From contig CAKPMN010000001.1 of assembly GCA_934168005.1 (NCBI GenBank), positions 2,597 to 66,596 of the forward strand: a DNA stretch of 64,000 bases, in the 5' to 3' direction. Shown piece after piece: positions 1 to 11,208 of this stretch. The DNA is from an uncultured Bacilli bacterium (GTDB lineage: Bacteria > Bacillota_I > Bacilli_A > RF39 > UBA660). Both the position numbers and the translations under genes were made by a program. The notes under the pieces are model-generated. The model was not told the origin of the DNA, ran no database searches, and saw only the letters and a program-made list of their open reading frames with translations. Position 1 is the first letter of the stretch, and every line of letters begins with the position of its first letter.

Positions 1-1108
1 TAATATGAGTGATAGTGATGTAGAAATTCAATTAGATAAATTAGATTTTCCATATACTTTAACTGATGGAGTATTTGATATTACTATACCAAGACGTAGA
101 CTTGATGTAGAGGCTAATAAGGCTGATTTAGCTGAAGAAATTGGTAGACTTTATGGATATAACAATCTAGATGATACACTTCCTGTAGTTCCAACTAAAA
201 GAGGTGTTTATGTAGGGGATGTTTTGATTAGAAAACAAACTTCAAGAAGACTTAGAACTTTAGGTTTAAATGAAGTTAGAACTTATACTTTAGTTGATAG
301 TAAACATGCTTCTATGTTTAATTATGATAATAAAGAGATATTGAATTTACCTAATCCTTTAAGCTCTGATAAAGCTTATGTTAGATGTTCTTTAATTGAG
401 TCTTTAATTAGAACTTATGAGTATAATAAAGCTAGAAAAATAAATAATATAAGACTTTATGAAATAGCTAAAACATATGATGCATCATTTGTTGAAGATC
501 AAAAAGTAGCTATGTTAATAGAAGGCAATTATATTGAAAGCAATTGGAATAATGTAATTGTAAAATCTGATTTTTATGTATTAAAAGGAATTGTTTATAA
601 TTTACTTGAATATTTAGGATTTAAAAATAGAATTAGTTTAGAAGTTGAAAGTTTACCATTAATTCATCCTGGTATAAGTGCTAGAATATTAATTGATAGA
701 AAACCTGTTGGTATTATTGGTAAGGTTCATCCTTCAAGAACAAAATCTGATTTATTTGTTTGTGAGATTTCTTTAACTGAACTTTATAATAAAAGTATTA
801 AGCCTATCAAATTTAAGGAAGCTAATCGTTATCCTGTCATTGTAAAGGATGCTGCTTGGATAGTTGATAATAGTGTTACTAATAGTGAGATAGAATCTGT
901 TATTAAACAAGCAGGTGGAAGACTTTTAGATAGTGCTTATATTTTTGATATTTATAGAGATATTCTTGATGGTAAGAAATCTATGGCTTATAAAATGGTT
1001 TTTAAAGATGAAAATAGAACTTTAAGTGATGAAGAAGTAACTGAAGTATTTAAAAAGATAATTGATAGTGTTATTAATAAATGTAATGCTACTTTAAGAG
1101 ATAAATAA
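1..1108 (+). CDS. pheT: Phenylalanine--tRNA ligase beta subunit, C-terminal portion; the 5' end lies outside the window
   Basis: The ORF runs open from the window edge to a stop at 1108. The sequence looks like the B5 and C-terminal FDX-ACB region of PheT (for example AYKMVFKDENRTLSDEEV). Confidence 0.75.
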   Translation, partial: NMSDSDVEIQLDKLDFPYTLTDGVFDITIPRRRLDVEANKADLAEEIGRLYGYNNLDDTLPVVPTKRGVYVGDVLIRKQTSRRLRTLGLNEVRTYTLVDSKHASMFNYDNKEILNLPNPLSSDKAYVRCSLIESLIRTYEYNKARKINNIRLYEIAKTYDASFVEDQKVAMLIEGNYIESNWNNVIVKSDFYVLKGIVYNLLEYLGFKNRISLEVESLPLIHPGISARILIDRKPVGIIGKVHPSRTKSDLFVCEISLTELYNKSIKPIKFKEANRYPVIVKDAAWIVDNSVTNSEIESVIKQAGGRLLDSAYIFDIYRDILDGKKSMAYKMVFKDENRTLSDEEVTEVFKKIIDSVINKCNATLRDK

Positions 1109-1184
1109 AAATAGTTTTAAAAAAACTATTTTTTTTGACATAAATTTTTCATATTATTTATTATACTTTAATAGGTGATGAATT

Positions 1185-2162
1185 ATGAAAAAATTTAAGA
1201 GACGAAAGAATTATTTTAAATATGTTGTTTTAATTTTTATTATCGTTATACTTTATTTTATAATTTCTACATTTGTATTAAAAATTAAATTAACTTCTTC
1301 TAATGAAGAATTTTTACGTGAACTTTTAAAAGATTCTAATCATCATTTAGCTTATGAAAATAATAATAGTTTATCTTCTTACTTTTTAAAATTAATATCT
1401 AGAATTGATATAGAAAATCCAATTAGTATTTTGAATAGTTTTTTTGGGTATGATGATGTTAGTAATTTTACAGTTGTTTCTGCTGATAGTAATGTTGAGC
1501 CAGCTTTTTCAGATTATGTACTTGATCCTACTTCAAAAAAAATAGAAAATCCTATTGTTTATATTTATAATACTCATCAAACTGAAAATTACTCTTATAA
1601 GGCTTATGAAGATTATAATATAACTCCAAATGTTATGATGGCATCATATATATTACGTGAAAGACTAGATGATAAAAATATTGAAGCTATTGTTGAAGAC
1701 GCTAATATAAAAGAAATACTAAATAGTAACTCATGGAGTTATTCATCTAGTTATAAGGCGTCTAGATTTTTAATTAAAGATACTATAAAAAAGTATCCAA
1801 ATATAAAGCTTTTTATTGATCTACATCGTGATTCTGTTTCTCATAAAGTTTCAACAACTAGCTCAAACGGTAAAAAATACGCAAAAGTAATGTTTGTTAT
1901 AGGAAAAGAATATGATAGTTATAAAAAGAATTTAGAAGTCGCAAATAAACTAAATAATATTATTAAAAATAAGGCTTCTATTTCAAGAGGGGTATTACTA
2001 AAAGAGGGAAAAAATGTTAATGGAGTTTATAATCAAGATATAAATCCAAATATTATATTAATAGAATGTGGAGGTAATGAGAATAGCTTAGAAGAGGTAA
2101 TAAATACAATAAATCTTTTAGCTGAAGCTATTTCTATTTATTTAGGTGATAGTAATGGATAA
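1185..2162 (+). CDS. spoIIP: Stage II sporulation protein P (SpoIIP)-like
   Basis: A 325-aa protein with an N-terminal TM anchor and the motifs IVYIYNTHQTENYSY, IDLHRDS and ILIECGGNENSLEEV. An RBS AGGTGATG lies 5 nt upstream of the ATG. The position before yqxA-lepA-hemW matches Bacillus subtilis. Confidence 0.6.
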   Translation: MKKFKRRKNYFKYVVLIFIIVILYFIISTFVLKIKLTSSNEEFLRELLKDSNHHLAYENNNSLSSYFLKLISRIDIENPISILNSFFGYDDVSNFTVVSADSNVEPAFSDYVLDPTSKKIENPIVYIYNTHQTENYSYKAYEDYNITPNVMMASYILRERLDDKNIEAIVEDANIKEILNSNSWSYSSSYKASRFLIKDTIKKYPNIKLFIDLHRDSVSHKVSTTSSNGKKYAKVMFVIGKEYDSYKKNLEVANKLNNIIKNKASISRGVLLKEGKNVNGVYNQDINPNIILIECGGNENSLEEVINTINLLAEAISIYLGDSNG

Positions 2163-2490
2163 GAAAAAAACTTTTTTAAATAAACTTTTTTCTAGAATTT
2201 TCTTAGTTTTACTTATTTTATTTTCTTGTCTTTATTTATCTAATGGTAGTGGATTTTTTGAATATAAAAATCATAAAAATATGGTTTTAACTAATGACAA
2301 AATAAAAGAATTTGAAGAAGATGTTAAAACGGGTAAAAAGATTGATATAAAAAGTTATATTGAAGTTGATGATGTTGATTATTCTACTAGTGCATCTAAA
2401 GTAGGGTATACTTTATCTAATTCTTTTGAAGAGATTATTAAAAGTGGTATGAATACTTTATTTAAATTTCTTAATGATATGTCTTCATGA
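2155..2490 (+). CDS. Small membrane-anchored protein, YqxA-like (DUF3679-type)
   Basis: A roughly 110-aa ORF with an N-terminal hydrophobic segment, sitting between spoIIP and lepA as yqxA does in Bacillus. The start is placed at ATG 2155 after the RBS AGGTGA; the ORF track begins at an upstream GTG. Confidence 0.4.
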   Translation: MDKKKTFLNKLFSRIFLVLLILFSCLYLSNGSGFFEYKNHKNMVLTNDKIKEFEEDVKTGKKIDIKSYIEVDDVDYSTSASKVGYTLSNSFEEIIKSGMNTLFKFLNDMSS

Positions 2491-2536
2491 TTGTAATTTT
2501 GCTTAATTTTTTATATAATAAAAAAAGGTGATTTTA

Positions 2537-4336
2537 ATGGATCAAAAACATATTAGAAATTTTTCAATAATTGCGCATATCGATCACGGTAAAAGTACTT
2601 TGGCTGATCGTATACTTGATATTACTGGAGCTGTAAGTGAAAGAGAAAAACAAGCTCAATTGCTTGATAACATGGATATTGAAAGAGAACGTGGTATTAC
2701 TATTAAGTTAAATGCAGTTCAACTAAAATATAAATATAATAATGAGGAATACATCTTACATTTAATAGATACACCAGGTCATGTTGATTTTTCTTATGAA
2801 GTATCTAGGAGTTTAGCAACTTGTGAGGGAGCTATCCTTATAGTTGATGCTGCTCAAGGTATAGAAGCTCAAACACTAGCTAACTTATATTTAGCACTTG
2901 AAAATAATTTAACAATAATACCTGTTATTAATAAGATTGATTTACCTAATGCAGATATAGAAAAAGTTACTAATGAATTAGTTGATACTTTAGGTTTTAA
3001 AAAAGAAGAGATAATACTTACTAGTGCGAAGACTGGTGTTGGAATTGATGAATTGATGAAGGCTATAATAGAGAGAATAGAACCTCCAAAGGGTGACGTT
3101 AATAAACCTTTTAAAGCTTTGATATTTGATTCTTATTTTGATCCTTATAAAGGTATAGTTGCATTAATTAGAGTTATTGATGGTCAAGTTAAGCTAAAAG
3201 ATAAAGTTAGAATGTTTATGACTGATAAATCTTATGAAGTTGTTGAACTTGGAATTCATAATCCTAGGGAAGTAAAAAAAGAGTGTTTATCAGCAGGTGA
3301 AGTTGGCTTTATAAGTGGCTCTATTAAAAGTATTGAAGATGTTAAAGTTGGTGATACTCTTTATTTAGATGGAGAAGAAATAGAACCACTTTCTGGATAT
3401 AAACCTATGAAACCTATGGTATTTTGTGGAATTTATCCAGTTGAAACTTCTAAATATCCTCAACTTAGAGAAGCTTTAGAAAAAATTAAATTAAATGATG
3501 CTTCTCTTGAATTTACTCCTGAAACTTCACAGGCTTTAGGATTTGGCTTTAGATGTGGCTTTTTAGGATTACTTCATATGGAAATAATTGAGGAGAGAAT
3601 TGAAAGGGAGTTTAATCTAGACTTAATCGCAACTTCTCCTTCTGTTATATATGATGTTACTTTAACTGATTCAACTAAAATTATGGTAGATTCTCCTCAA
3701 AAAATGCCTGATAAAGTAAAAATTAAAAATATTAAGGAGCCTTATATTAGAACTAATATATTTGTTCCAAGTGAATATATTGGTTCTATTATGGAATTAT
3801 GTCAAGATAAAAGGGGTACTTATATTTCTATGGAATATATAGATAAAACTAGGGTTAATATTCATTATGAGATACCTTTATCTGAAATTGTTTATGATTT
3901 TTTTGATAAGCTTAAATCTTCTACTAAAGGTTATGCTTCATTTGATTATGAACTTGTTGGTTATAAATCTAGCGATTTAGTAAAGATGGATATTTTATTA
4001 AATGGTGAAGTTGTTGATGCTTTATCTGTTATTGTACATAAGGATTTTGCTTATGGAAGAGGTAAAAGGGTAGTTGAAAATTTAAAGAAAATGATTCCAA
4101 GACAATTATTTGAAGTACCTATTCAGGCAGCTATTGGATCTAAGGTAATTGCACGTGAAACTATAAGTGCGATGAGAAAAAATGTTTTAGCTAAATGTTA
4201 TGGTGGAGATGTATCACGTAAGAGAAAACTTTTAGAGAAACAAAAGGAAGGTAAGAAACGTATGAAAATGGTTGGAAGCGTTGAAGTTCCTCAAGAAGCC
4301 TTTTTAGCGGTTCTTAAAATGGATGAAGAAAGTTAA
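2537..4336 (+). CDS. lepA: Translation elongation factor 4 (LepA)
   Basis: G1 motif [10 protein letters not shown], then DTPGHVDF and NKID, plus the conserved LepA C-terminus ([25 protein letters not shown]). The start is set at ATG 2537 after the RBS AAGGTGA. Confidence 0.95.
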   Translation: MDQKHIRNFSIIAHIDHGKSTLADRILDITGAVSEREKQAQLLDNMDIERERGITIKLNAVQLKYKYNNEEYILHLIDTPGHVDFSYEVSRSLATCEGAILIVDAAQGIEAQTLANLYLALENNLTIIPVINKIDLPNADIEKVTNELVDTLGFKKEEIILTSAKTGVGIDELMKAIIERIEPPKGDVNKPFKALIFDSYFDPYKGIVALIRVIDGQVKLKDKVRMFMTDKSYEVVELGIHNPREVKKECLSAGEVGFISGSIKSIEDVKVGDTLYLDGEEIEPLSGYKPMKPMVFCGIYPVETSKYPQLREALEKIKLNDASLEFTPETSQALGFGFRCGFLGLLHMEIIEERIEREFNLDLIATSPSVIYDVTLTDSTKIMVDSPQKMPDKVKIKNIKEPYIRTNIFVPSEYIGSIMELCQDKRGTYISMEYIDKTRVNIHYEIPLSEIVYDFFDKLKSSTKGYASFDYELVGYKSSDLVKMDILLNGEVVDALSVIVHKDFAYGRGKRVVENLKKMIPRQLFEVPIQAAIGSKVIARETISAMRKNVLAKCYGGDVSRKRKLLEKQKEGKKRMKMVGSVEVPQEAFLAVLKMDEES

Positions 4337-4365
4337 GTTTTCTTAACTTTTTTAGGTGGTGAATT

Positions 4366-5445
4366 ATGAGATCATGTTATATACATATACCTTTTTGTCA
4401 TAGTATTTGTAGTTATTGTGATTTTCCAAAGGTCTGTTACAATAAAAAATGGGTTATACCTTATTTAGATGCTTTAAAAAAAGAAATAGATAAGGTTTAC
4501 TTGAAAGATAAAATATCTACTATATATATAGGTGGGGGTACTCCTACATCTTTATCTATTGATGAACTTACTTATTTATTTGAGATATTGAATGTTTTTG
4601 ATAAGTCTTCTACTTTAGAATTTACAATTGAAGGAAATGTTTGCGACATTACTTTAGATAAAATAAATTTGTTTAAGAAATATGGCGTTAATAGGGTAAG
4701 TTTGGGAGTAGAGTCTTTTGACAGTAATAATTTAAAAATCCTTAATAGAAGTATTACTTATGATGAAGTATTAGAAAAAGTTAATTTGCTTAAGGATAAT
4801 GGTATTAATAATATTAATTTAGATTTAATGTATGCGATTACGCCTTCTATGGAAGCTTTAAAAAGTGACTTAGAGAAATTAGTTTCTTTAAATGTAGCTC
4901 ATATTTCTACTTATTCTTTAATTCTTGAAGATAATACTTTGCTTAAAATTAATAATTTTAAATGTATTGATTCCGATATGGATTTTTCTATGTATAGCTT
5001 TATTTGTAAATATTTAAGTGATTTTGGATATAATCATTATGAAATAAGTAATTTTTCTTATCCTGGTTTTGAATCAAAACACAATATTACTTATTGGAAA
5101 AATATGGAATATTATGGGTTTGGTTTAGGAAGTGCTTCTTATATTAAAGATAGATATACTAATACGCGTAGTTTAACAAAATATATAAATGGTGAATATT
5201 TAACTGATGTTGAATATATTGATTCTAAATTGGAAGAGGAATATGAATTTATTTTAAATTTACGACTTAAAAGTGGCTTAAATATAGCTTCTTATGAGAA
5301 AAAGTTTAATAAATCATTTGATTATTCTAAAGTTGATAAGTTAATTAAAGAAGGACTATTAGTGTTAGAAAATGGTAATTTGTACATTCCTCAAGATAAA
5401 TTTTATTTATCTAATGAAATTTTAATAAATTTTATAGATGATTAA
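4366..5445 (+). CDS. hemW: Radical SAM heme chaperone HemW (oxygen-independent coproporphyrinogen-III oxidase-like)
   Basis: It begins CYIHIPFCHSICSYCDF (a CxxxCxxC radical-SAM site). It is 359 aa and follows lepA as hemN/hemW does in Bacillus. Confidence 0.88.
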   Translation: MRSCYIHIPFCHSICSYCDFPKVCYNKKWVIPYLDALKKEIDKVYLKDKISTIYIGGGTPTSLSIDELTYLFEILNVFDKSSTLEFTIEGNVCDITLDKINLFKKYGVNRVSLGVESFDSNNLKILNRSITYDEVLEKVNLLKDNGINNINLDLMYAITPSMEALKSDLEKLVSLNVAHISTYSLILEDNTLLKINNFKCIDSDMDFSMYSFICKYLSDFGYNHYEISNFSYPGFESKHNITYWKNMEYYGFGLGSASYIKDRYTNTRSLTKYINGEYLTDVEYIDSKLEEEYEFILNLRLKSGLNIASYEKKFNKSFDYSKVDKLIKEGLLVLENGNLYIPQDKFYLSNEILINFIDD

Positions 5446-5460
5446 AATATAATTTAATAT

Positions 5461-5495
5461 TTGACAAGTCTTATAAATTGTGGTAAACTGGAAAA
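5461..5495 (+). promoter_or_regulatory. Candidate sigma-A promoter (extended -10) for the 5522 gene
   Basis: TTGACA at 5461-5466, a 17-bp spacer, then TGgTAAACT. Confidence 0.4.
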
Positions 5496-5521
5496 CGTTG
5501 CTCACAGAAAGGAGATACAAA

Positions 5522-6097
5522 ATGAATAGTAAAGTATTTTTTAGTTGTGTAAGTAAGGGTTTTTATAGGGAGTTTGTTATAGATAATTCTACTGAATTTG
5601 TTGAGGCTTTAGATAAAGAGGAACATTTTTTACGTAAATATGCATCAGCATTTTCTAAAGAAGAACAAAAGTTATCTTTTTCTAAATTAACTGTTGTTCA
5701 AGATGTAAAAAAATTAATAAATAAAAGAGATAATAAAAGTTATTTATCTTTAAACTATTTTATTGGGGAAGATGAAGAAGTTAATAAATATTTCTTATCT
5801 TTATTATCAAATGCTAAATTAAAAGAATCTTTTGCTTTACCAATGGACTCTATCGATAGATATTTTATAGCTTTAAATAGAGCTGTTATTGGTAATCCAA
5901 GTTTAGATAGTGGAGCTCGTGAATGTATGTATTTATATACAGAGGGAGTTAAGAATACTGAATTAGCTATGGAACAAGATTTAATATTTGATTTAGAAGA
6001 TAACCATTTAACTATTGATAAAACATTAGCACCAGCTAATAAAAAACCACAAAGTATAAAAGAAATAGTTAAAATTGATAAAAGAAAAATATCATAA
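5522..6097 (+). CDS. Hypothetical cytoplasmic protein
   Basis: An ORF with the RBS GAAAGGAG 7 nt before ATG 5522; no recognisable motif. Confidence 0.45.
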   Translation: MNSKVFFSCVSKGFYREFVIDNSTEFVEALDKEEHFLRKYASAFSKEEQKLSFSKLTVVQDVKKLINKRDNKSYLSLNYFIGEDEEVNKYFLSLLSNAKLKESFALPMDSIDRYFIALNRAVIGNPSLDSGARECMYLYTEGVKNTELAMEQDLIFDLEDNHLTIDKTLAPANKKPQSIKEIVKIDKRKIS

Positions 6098-6134
6098 TTT
6101 GATATTTTTTTTATATGTTTAAATAGGTGATATT

Positions 6135-6725
6135 TTGTTAATTTCTCATAGAGCTAGTGGAAGTAAATATAAAAAAAATACTAAAGAAGCGGTTCTTTAT
6201 GTATTAGATACTAATGTTGATGGTGTTGAAATAGATGTTAGATTGACTTTAGATCATAAGTTTATTTTAAGTCATAACCAATATATTTATTGTAATGGTA
6301 TTAAGAAAATAGAAGATACAACGTATGATGAAATTAAAAAGTGTAAGGATGTTTCTCTTTTAAGTGATGTCTTAGAATCTATTAAAAGCGATAAGTTTAT
6401 ATTTTTAGATTTAAAGATTGATAAGTTAAATCTAATTTATGAAAAGAAGCTTGTAAAATTACTTAAAAAATATAAATTAAATTATTATTTAATTGGTTTT
6501 TCTAATTCTTTTATGAGAAAGCTTAAAAATAAATATAAGTTTAAGGTTGGATTATTAAAGGGATATATATATAATTTAAATGAGAAAAAAGGTAATTTAG
6601 ATGGTATTTTTAGTCATTATTTAATTTATTCTAATGATGAAGGTATTTGGACTGTTAATGATAAGATATTATTAAATAAATATTTAAATAAAGATATATT
6701 TGTAATAACTGACAATATTAATTAA
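6135..6725 (+). CDS. Glycerophosphodiester phosphodiesterase (GDPD)-family protein
   Basis: N-terminal LISHRASG...DGVEIDVRLTLDHKFILSHN matches the GDPD HR...E.D...HD catalytic signature. A TTG start follows the RBS AGGTGA. Confidence 0.55.
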   Translation: MLISHRASGSKYKKNTKEAVLYVLDTNVDGVEIDVRLTLDHKFILSHNQYIYCNGIKKIEDTTYDEIKKCKDVSLLSDVLESIKSDKFIFLDLKIDKLNLIYEKKLVKLLKKYKLNYYLIGFSNSFMRKLKNKYKFKVGLLKGYIYNLNEKKGNLDGIFSHYLIYSNDEGIWTVNDKILLNKYLNKDIFVITDNIN

Positions 6726-6972
6726 TTAGTTTTTCTTCTATTATTGATCCTATAATAGATCCTATACCACAACCTAGTGAGAATGATAGTATTTTGAATG
6801 GACTATCTTTTATATTAGTGATTGATAAACTAACTGATAATACCCATATTAGTGATATTACAAATTGAAGTATACCACCAAGAAATTTTTTTCTTTTATT
6901 TAATATTATCATTCTTATTGTTGATAGGGAATTTTCTATTAGTTTAAGTGTAAATATTATAATATATATCAT
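6718..6972 (-). CDS. Small hydrophobic membrane protein
   Basis: An 84-aa ORF with two predicted TM helices, immediately downstream of the flippase gene on the same strand. Confidence 0.35.
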   Translation of the reverse strand: MIYIIIFTLKLIENSLSTIRMIILNKRKKFLGGILQFVISLIWVLSVSLSITNIKDSPFKILSFSLGCGIGSIIGSIIEEKLIN

Positions 6973-7010
6973 AGAATCACCTATATTATTATGAAATAAA
7001 AAAATACGTT

Positions 7011-8624
7011 TTAATCACGTATTTTTAATTTGCTTCCAAGTATATCTTTTAAAAGACCTGATTTATATGCGAAGAATAGGTATATTAACGATCCAAATAT
7101 CGTATATAAAGTAGTTTCGATAATGGCATCTATTCTAGATATAGCGTCTATTTTAAATATTAGGCTAAGTATTAATATACTTACAATCATTATAGAAGTT
7201 ATTATGATTGTTTTAGTAACATTTATAATAGTTTTTTTATAGTTTAAATTTAAGTATTTTTTTAAATAATATAATAGATAAATACAAGGGAATATTTGTG
7301 TTAATAAAGTCGCAACTGATGCTCCTTGATAACCGCCAAGTCCTATTTTTTCACATAGATACATCATTGGAATATTTAGTATAGCGTTTGCTATAAAGCT
7401 TATTAGTAAGACAATTACAGCTGTTTTATTTTTGTTTGTTGTTTGTAAAATATTGATTAGTATTGTTATAAGAGAAAATGTAATTGATTGGATTATGAAA
7501 CATCTGAATACTTCTATACAAAGTTCATTATATCCATAAAATATTATCCATACAGGTCTTGCTAGTAAAAATATTCCGGCTGTAGCAGGTATTGTAAAAA
7601 ATAGTAGGGATGATATAGCTTGGTTTATTTTGTAGTTTAGAGGTATTTGTTTTTTTCTAATAAAATCTGCTGCTATATTAGGTATTAGGCTTGTTGATAT
7701 TCCCATTGATACGGATATTATTATCATACTTAGTTTTGATCCCCATGTACCTATTACTGAAAATGCGGTTTCAGCTACTTCTGATGAATATCCCATATCA
7801 GTAAGTGTTCTTACAACAGTTAATGTGTCTACTAGGTTATAAGATGATTTTAAAACATCTACAATTATAAATGGAAGTGCGAGTAAAAGAATTTGCTTTA
7901 TTAAATATTTTGTTGTGAATTTTGCTTCTTCTTTTAATTTACTTGCTTTTGTATTAAAGTCAGCGATATTTTTCTTTCTTTTTAAATATAAGTAAGCTAG
8001 GGCTGATATAGCTCCAACAGTAGCCGCAAATACTGATATAGCTATAGCAATTGATTCTTTTAAATGTAGTATATTTAAACTTATATAACATCCTGTGATT
8101 ATTACTATAACTCTAACTAGTTGTTCTATAACATTTGATATACTAGGTGGTGTTATAAATTTATGACCTTGATAGTATCCTTTCATAACTGATAGTGAAG
8201 GGACTATTAGTAGGGAAAAAGCAACAATTCTTATTACTAATGTAATATCTTCAACACTGTTTCCTCCAGTTGCTTTTCCTAATATGAATGAAGATATAAA
8301 TGGAGCAATTACAAATAATAGTATGAAAAAGAATGTTCCAAGAGCTGTTATGATTATATTTCCAAGTTTATATATTTTTTCTTTTGTGTAATTATATCCT
8401 AAACTGTTATATTCACTTACAAGTTTACTCATAGCAATTGGAATTCCGCTTGTTGAAAGGGATAGGAACACTGCATATATTGAATATGCGTAACTATATA
8501 ATGCAGCTCCTTGATTTGATATCATTGCATAAAATGGAATAACATATAAAAGTCCTATAACTTTGCAAATTATTATTCCAAGTGTTGCGATAAAGCTTCC
8601 TTCTATAAAACTGTTTTTTTTCAT
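7011..8624 (-). CDS. MOP-superfamily flippase (SpoVB / polysaccharide-biosynthesis / MurJ-like)
   Basis: A 537-aa polytopic membrane protein (about 14 TM helices) with the general architecture of Wzx/MurJ/SpoVB flippases. Confidence 0.65.
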   Translation of the reverse strand: MKKNSFIEGSFIATLGIIICKVIGLLYVIPFYAMISNQGAALYSYAYSIYAVFLSLSTSGIPIAMSKLVSEYNSLGYNYTKEKIYKLGNIIITALGTFFFILLFVIAPFISSFILGKATGGNSVEDITLVIRIVAFSLLIVPSLSVMKGYYQGHKFITPPSISNVIEQLVRVIVIITGCYISLNILHLKESIAIAISVFAATVGAISALAYLYLKRKKNIADFNTKASKLKEEAKFTTKYLIKQILLLALPFIIVDVLKSSYNLVDTLTVVRTLTDMGYSSEVAETAFSVIGTWGSKLSMIIISVSMGISTSLIPNIAADFIRKKQIPLNYKINQAISSLLFFTIPATAGIFLLARPVWIIFYGYNELCIEVFRCFIIQSITFSLITILINILQTTNKNKTAVIVLLISFIANAILNIPMMYLCEKIGLGGYQGASVATLLTQIFPCIYLLYYLKKYLNLNYKKTIINVTKTIIITSIMIVSILILSLIFKIDAISRIDAIIETTLYTIFGSLIYLFFAYKSGLLKDILGSKLKIRD

Positions 8625-8661
8625 ATTTCACCTCTAAAGTAAAAGTTGACTTTTGTCAACT

Positions 8662-9902
8662 TTAGTATTTTGATATTCTATCATTCCACCAATTATAATG
8701 TCCACTTGGGAAGTTAACTATACTTCTTGGATTGAATGTGTGGGCCATAAATGATGACCAAGTTTTATAATCTATACCATATAATCCTGTTGCGATAGTA
8801 AAGTGGTTATGTGGACCGGTTGTACATGAGTCCCATGGTGTATAGTTTGATGGGGTAGATGAGTTATGACCACCACCCATGATACCAATAACAGTATCTT
8901 TTGTTACGACGTCTCCTTTTGATACTAATGCTTTAGCTAAATGCATATACATAGTTGTATAAGTTGAACCATTAGTCATTCTGTGATGTACTAAGACATA
9001 TGTTCCGCCACAACTTGATTTATAAATAATTCCTGATACAACACCAGTTCCTGATGCGTATACATTTACATTTGTTCCAGGTTTTGTTGAAATATCTATT
9101 CCTGAATGGAATCCTGAGAATGTTCCTTGACGATTTGTACTATATTCACTTGTTACAAATCCTTTTTCTAATGTACGATAGAATTTAGTATTACTTGGTA
9201 ATACTTCTCTACCACAAGTTTTAATATCTTCAGAATCTTTACATCCTAGATCTGAATATAGTTGAACTAATTCTTTTAAATATTTTATTTGATCTTCAAT
9301 ATCCATTTCGACATCTAAGTATTCTTTTAAGTTACTACCAAGTGATGAATATTGTTCTTCTAGTTCTTCTTGTTGTTTTGTTAATGTTTTTCTTTTTTCT
9401 TCTATTTCTTTTTGTTTTTGTTTATTTTTATTTATTGTATCATTGTATTCTGTTATTAATTTATCATTATATTCAGCAAGTTGTTCTGCAACAGCGGAAC
9501 GGTATATGAATTCTGTAAAATCGGTTGCATTAAATATATATTCTAAGTAAGCATTATCACTGTTAGCTATTTGAGAAAAATTAATAATTTCTTTTATTTG
9601 ATCTTCTTTTTGCTCAATTGAAGCATTTAATGATTCAATTTCAGCGTCTAGATTCTTAATATCTCTATATGTTTGTTTTATATTATTTTGAATAGTATAT
9701 ATTTTACTGCTTACTTGATCCATTTGATCTTTTGTAAGTGATTGCTTATTTTTATTATCTCTTAGTTTTTGTTCTTCTTTATCTAGTTCAGCTTTTAATT
9801 CTCCAAATGTTTTAGCTTCTACTTGGTTTTGATTGTAAGTTGACAGTATCATAAAACATATTAAAGATATAAAAGCTATTCTTTTTATTATCTTTTTCAT
9901 GT
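8662..9902 (-). CDS. Peptidase M23 (LytM-domain) protein with an N-terminal signal peptide and a long coiled coil
   Basis: C-terminal HSGIDIS...GTGVVSGI...VLVHH...MYMHL matches the M23 metallo-endopeptidase motif (HxxxD...HxH). The N-terminal half is a heptad-rich coiled coil. The start is set at the internal ATG 9902, which has the RBS GGAGGT. Confidence 0.8.
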
Positions 9903-9983
9903 TACCTCCATTATTAATAATAATTATAGCAAAATTTGTCTTAAATAACAAGTTGTCCATAATAAAACGAAGATTAATCTTCG

Positions 9984-10595
9984 TTATAAGTTTTTTAGTT
10001 CAATTGTATCTTCTTCCATTATTTTTTTATGAGCTTCTAGTTTTTCTATTTCTGGATTCTTAATCTTATCTATTTTATCTATGTAGTTTAGTGTATAACT
10101 AATTATTACTAGTATTTGTAGGTTTATAGTTGCGTAGCTAAGACCTAGAACTAAAAAGTCTAATTTAGATAAGAATGCGTATATGAATGATATTACTATT
10201 AATACAAAAAGAAATGTCGTTTTAACTTTTCCAATAAATAATGTTTCTGATTTCTTTAGATTTTTATAGTAGTATAAATTCATAATTCCTATAATTATTT
10301 CAAGCGTAAATACAATTAATAAGATAGATGATTTTTTAGTTAATGCTAGAAGGAGAGATGAAGCGAATACTTTATCACTTACAGCATCAAGTTTTGCTCC
10401 TAATTGACCTGTTACTTGCCATTTTCTAGCTAGGTATCCATCTAGTAGATCTGTTATTGATCCTATAATAGTTAGTATTAATACAATTGTTACTTGGTTT
10501 AAAAGTCCAAATATTAGTATTACTGGGGCTATTACTAATCTAAAGCATGTTAGTATATTTGGAATAATTTTTTTATATTTGTATGGTATTTTCAT
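9984..10595 (-). CDS. pgsA: CDP-diacylglycerol--glycerol-3-phosphate 3-phosphatidyltransferase (CDP-alcohol phosphatidyltransferase family)
   Basis: DGYLARKWQVTGQLGAKLDAVSDK matches the CDP-OH phosphatidyltransferase motif D-G-x2-A-R-x8-G-x3-D-x3-D. The start is probably the second ATG (MKIPYK), which follows GAAAGGAG. Confidence 0.8.
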   Translation of the reverse strand: MKIPYKYKKIIPNILTCFRLVIAPVILIFGLLNQVTIVLILTIIGSITDLLDGYLARKWQVTGQLGAKLDAVSDKVFASSLLLALTKKSSILLIVFTLEIIIGIMNLYYYKNLKKSETLFIGKVKTTFLFVLIVISFIYAFLSKLDFLVLGLSYATINLQILVIISYTLNYIDKIDKIKNPEIEKLEAHKKIMEEDTIELKNL

Positions 10596-10667
10596 AAAAC
10601 TCCTTTCATACACTTTAATGTATTAGAAATAATACAGTGGAAAACGGTAGTGCTACTGTTTTCCTTT

Positions 10668-11111
10668 TTAAATGAAATAATAAAGTGTATATATCATATA
10701 TATACTTAAAGATATAGATGCTATTATAGTAAAAAATTTCTTAATATTTGTATTTTTAAATAGTTGTGAGTTGATATAAGATATAACAAATACAGTTAGT
10801 ATTATTGTTTGAATTAAATATAGGTCACCTTTATTTTTTGTTATATTAAAGTATATGAAGCCACATGTTATAAAGAATAAAAGGATTAAGCAAAAGCCAA
10901 AAAAAGTATCATATAAAAAATTTGAAATAGATGTTTCATCTTGTTTTGAAACTTTATTTTCTTTTATTTCTGTTAATCTTTTAAATTCAAAATTTTCTTT
11001 TTTTTCTAGTTGTTTTTCTTTTTTTCTTTGTCTTTTTAATTCTTTTCTTTCTTTTTTTGTTACTTCTTCTTTGAATAAATCAACTAATTCATCGGCATTT
11101 ATCTTACTCAT
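10668..11111 (-). CDS. Hypothetical membrane protein with a Lys/Glu-rich cytoplasmic N-terminus
   Basis: A 147-aa ORF with the charged N-terminus KKERKELKRQRKKEKQLEKK followed by two TM helices. Confidence 0.45.
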   Translation of the reverse strand: MSKINADELVDLFKEEVTKKERKELKRQRKKEKQLEKKENFEFKRLTEIKENKVSKQDETSISNFLYDTFFGFCLILLFFITCGFIYFNITKNKGDLYLIQTIILTVFVISYINSQLFKNTNIKKFFTIIASISLSIYMIYTLYYFI

Positions 11112-11208
11112 AATATCACCATTTTAATTATACTAAAAAAAATGAAAAAATGAAATATGATATTTCATTTATTTTTTTGATGAGATATAATCTAGTTGGA
11201 GGTTTTTT

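Noticed and set aside
7030-7242. A + strand 70-aa ORF overlaps the 3' end of the flippase gene. Similar antisense ORFs are 10855-11127, 14302-14550, 15818-16021, 19503-19697, 27902-28129, 33328-33636, 38394-38825, 38732-38944, 38918-39118, 40854-41102, 44311-44712 and 63310-63501.
   Set aside because: Each lies antisense to, or out of frame within, a well-supported gene such as nusG, rplK, rplL, rpoB, obg or murB. They are the low-complexity or hydrophobic products typical of AT-rich spurious ORFs, and none has a convincing RBS.
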